DNA of 46,978 nucleotides from Sumerlaeia bacterium (GTDB lineage Bacteria; Sumerlaeota; Sumerlaeia; SLMS01; JAHLLQ01): NCBI GenBank assembly GCA_040219255.1, contig JAVJSW010000003.1, positions 1 to 46,978 of the forward strand, read 5' to 3'. Shown piece by piece: positions 46,211 to 46,978 of this stretch (position 1 is its first letter; each line of letters starts with the position of its first letter). The notes under the pieces were generated by a model. It saw only the letters and a program-made list of their open reading frames with translations, ran no database searches and was not told where the DNA came from. The position numbers and the translations under genes were made by a program.

Positions 46211-46978
46211 ATGAAGAATCTTCGTCTCCTCGCCCTCTCCCTCCTCTGTGCCGCCTTCGTCCCCGCCCCCACCGCGGATGCCGGCGTCATGGCCCAGGGT
46301 TTCTTCTGGGACACCCCCGGCGGGTGGTACAACACCATGAAGAACAACGCCAACGCTCTGCGCTACCAGAACGGCGGCAAAGGCATCAACCGCATCTGGT
46401 TTCCCCCCTCCAGCAAGGGCCAGGGCGGCGGCTACTCGATGGGTTACGACCCGGCCGATTACTACGACGTCGGCAATTACAACCAGCACGGCAACACCTC
46501 CACCCGCTTCGGCACGAAGTCCGAACTGAAGTCCGCCACTTCCGCCTACCGCGGCAAGGGCGTCACCACCATGGCCGACATCATCCTCAACCACCGCTCC
46601 GGCGGCGCCAGCGAGTGGAACCCCAACGCCAACCGGAACACCTGGACAAACTTCCAGTACCAGAAATCGGGCAAGGCCCTCTGGCATTACAACGAGTTCC
46701 ATCCCTCCTCCTACTGGGGCAGTGACGAAGGCGCCTTCGGCGGCTACCCGGACGTCTGCCACCGCAACGGCAAGGTCTGGGACGACATCAAAAACTGGAT
46801 GAACTGGATGAAGAGCAGCACCAATGCTGGCTTCAATGGCGGCTGGCGCTACGATTACGTCAAAGGCTTCGGCCCCTGGGTCGCCAAGGACTTCCGCCAG
46901 TACACCAACTGGTCCTACGGCATCGGCGAGTACTGGGATTCGAACACCGGCACGCTCAACTGGTGGACCGGCGCGGCG
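46211..46978 (+). CDS. Secreted GH13 alpha-amylase, archaeal/bacterial AmyA type (3' truncated by window, absent from ORF track)
   Basis: AGGAG RBS and MKNLRLLALSLL.. signal. GVMAQGFFWD, IWFPPSSKG..GGYSMGYDP.DYYD.G, TRFGT..EL, ADIILNHR, GWRYDYVKGF (nucleophile), GEYWD (acid/base). Confidence 0.92.
   Translation, partial: MKNLRLLALSLLCAAFVPAPTADAGVMAQGFFWDTPGGWYNTMKNNANALRYQNGGKGINRIWFPPSSKGQGGGYSMGYDPADYYDVGNYNQHGNTSTRFGTKSELKSATSAYRGKGVTTMADIILNHRSGGASEWNPNANRNTWTNFQYQKSGKALWHYNEFHPSSYWGSDEGAFGGYPDVCHRNGKVWDDIKNWMNWMKSSTNAGFNGGWRYDYVKGFGPWVAKDFRQYTNWSYGIGEYWDSNTGTLNWWTGAA

Overview
GC-rich bacterial chromosomal window. A Candidatus Sumerlaeota/BRC1-like lineage is a loose guess from the style of the secreted proteins and is not established. 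The window opens with the 3' end of a group IIC intron (RT/maturase tail, domains V-VI), then an FG-GAP beta-propeller gene and three tRNAs (Val-GAC, Arg-CCG, His-GTG). Next come housekeeping and envelope genes (GT-C glycosyltransferase, rnd, FKBP, NrnA-like, Nif3-like, sugar O-acetyltransferase, YkgJ), a low-GC patch of orphan RHS toxin/immunity fragments, and SDR, sugar transferase and GT4 genes. These are followed by an SSS symporter, CsbD, an amino-acid ABC transporter, a second FG-GAP protein, a Phd-ParE/RelE TA pair, fmt, DUF1385, DCC1, modA and modB, a LivK/LivH-like pair, MarR-RND efflux genes and a truncated GH13 alpha-amylase that is absent from the ORF track. The strongest candidate for a new system is a three-gene cassette (30688-36754) between modA and modB. 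It encodes a Calx-beta/dockerin-like protein, a signal-peptide-bearing 1068-aa protein whose C-terminal half reads like the channel plus TcB-binding domain of Tc toxin TcA, and a fibre-like NYQGRL-domain/beta-propeller protein, with no tcB/tcC alongside. All homology calls come from recognising motifs by eye; no searches were run.
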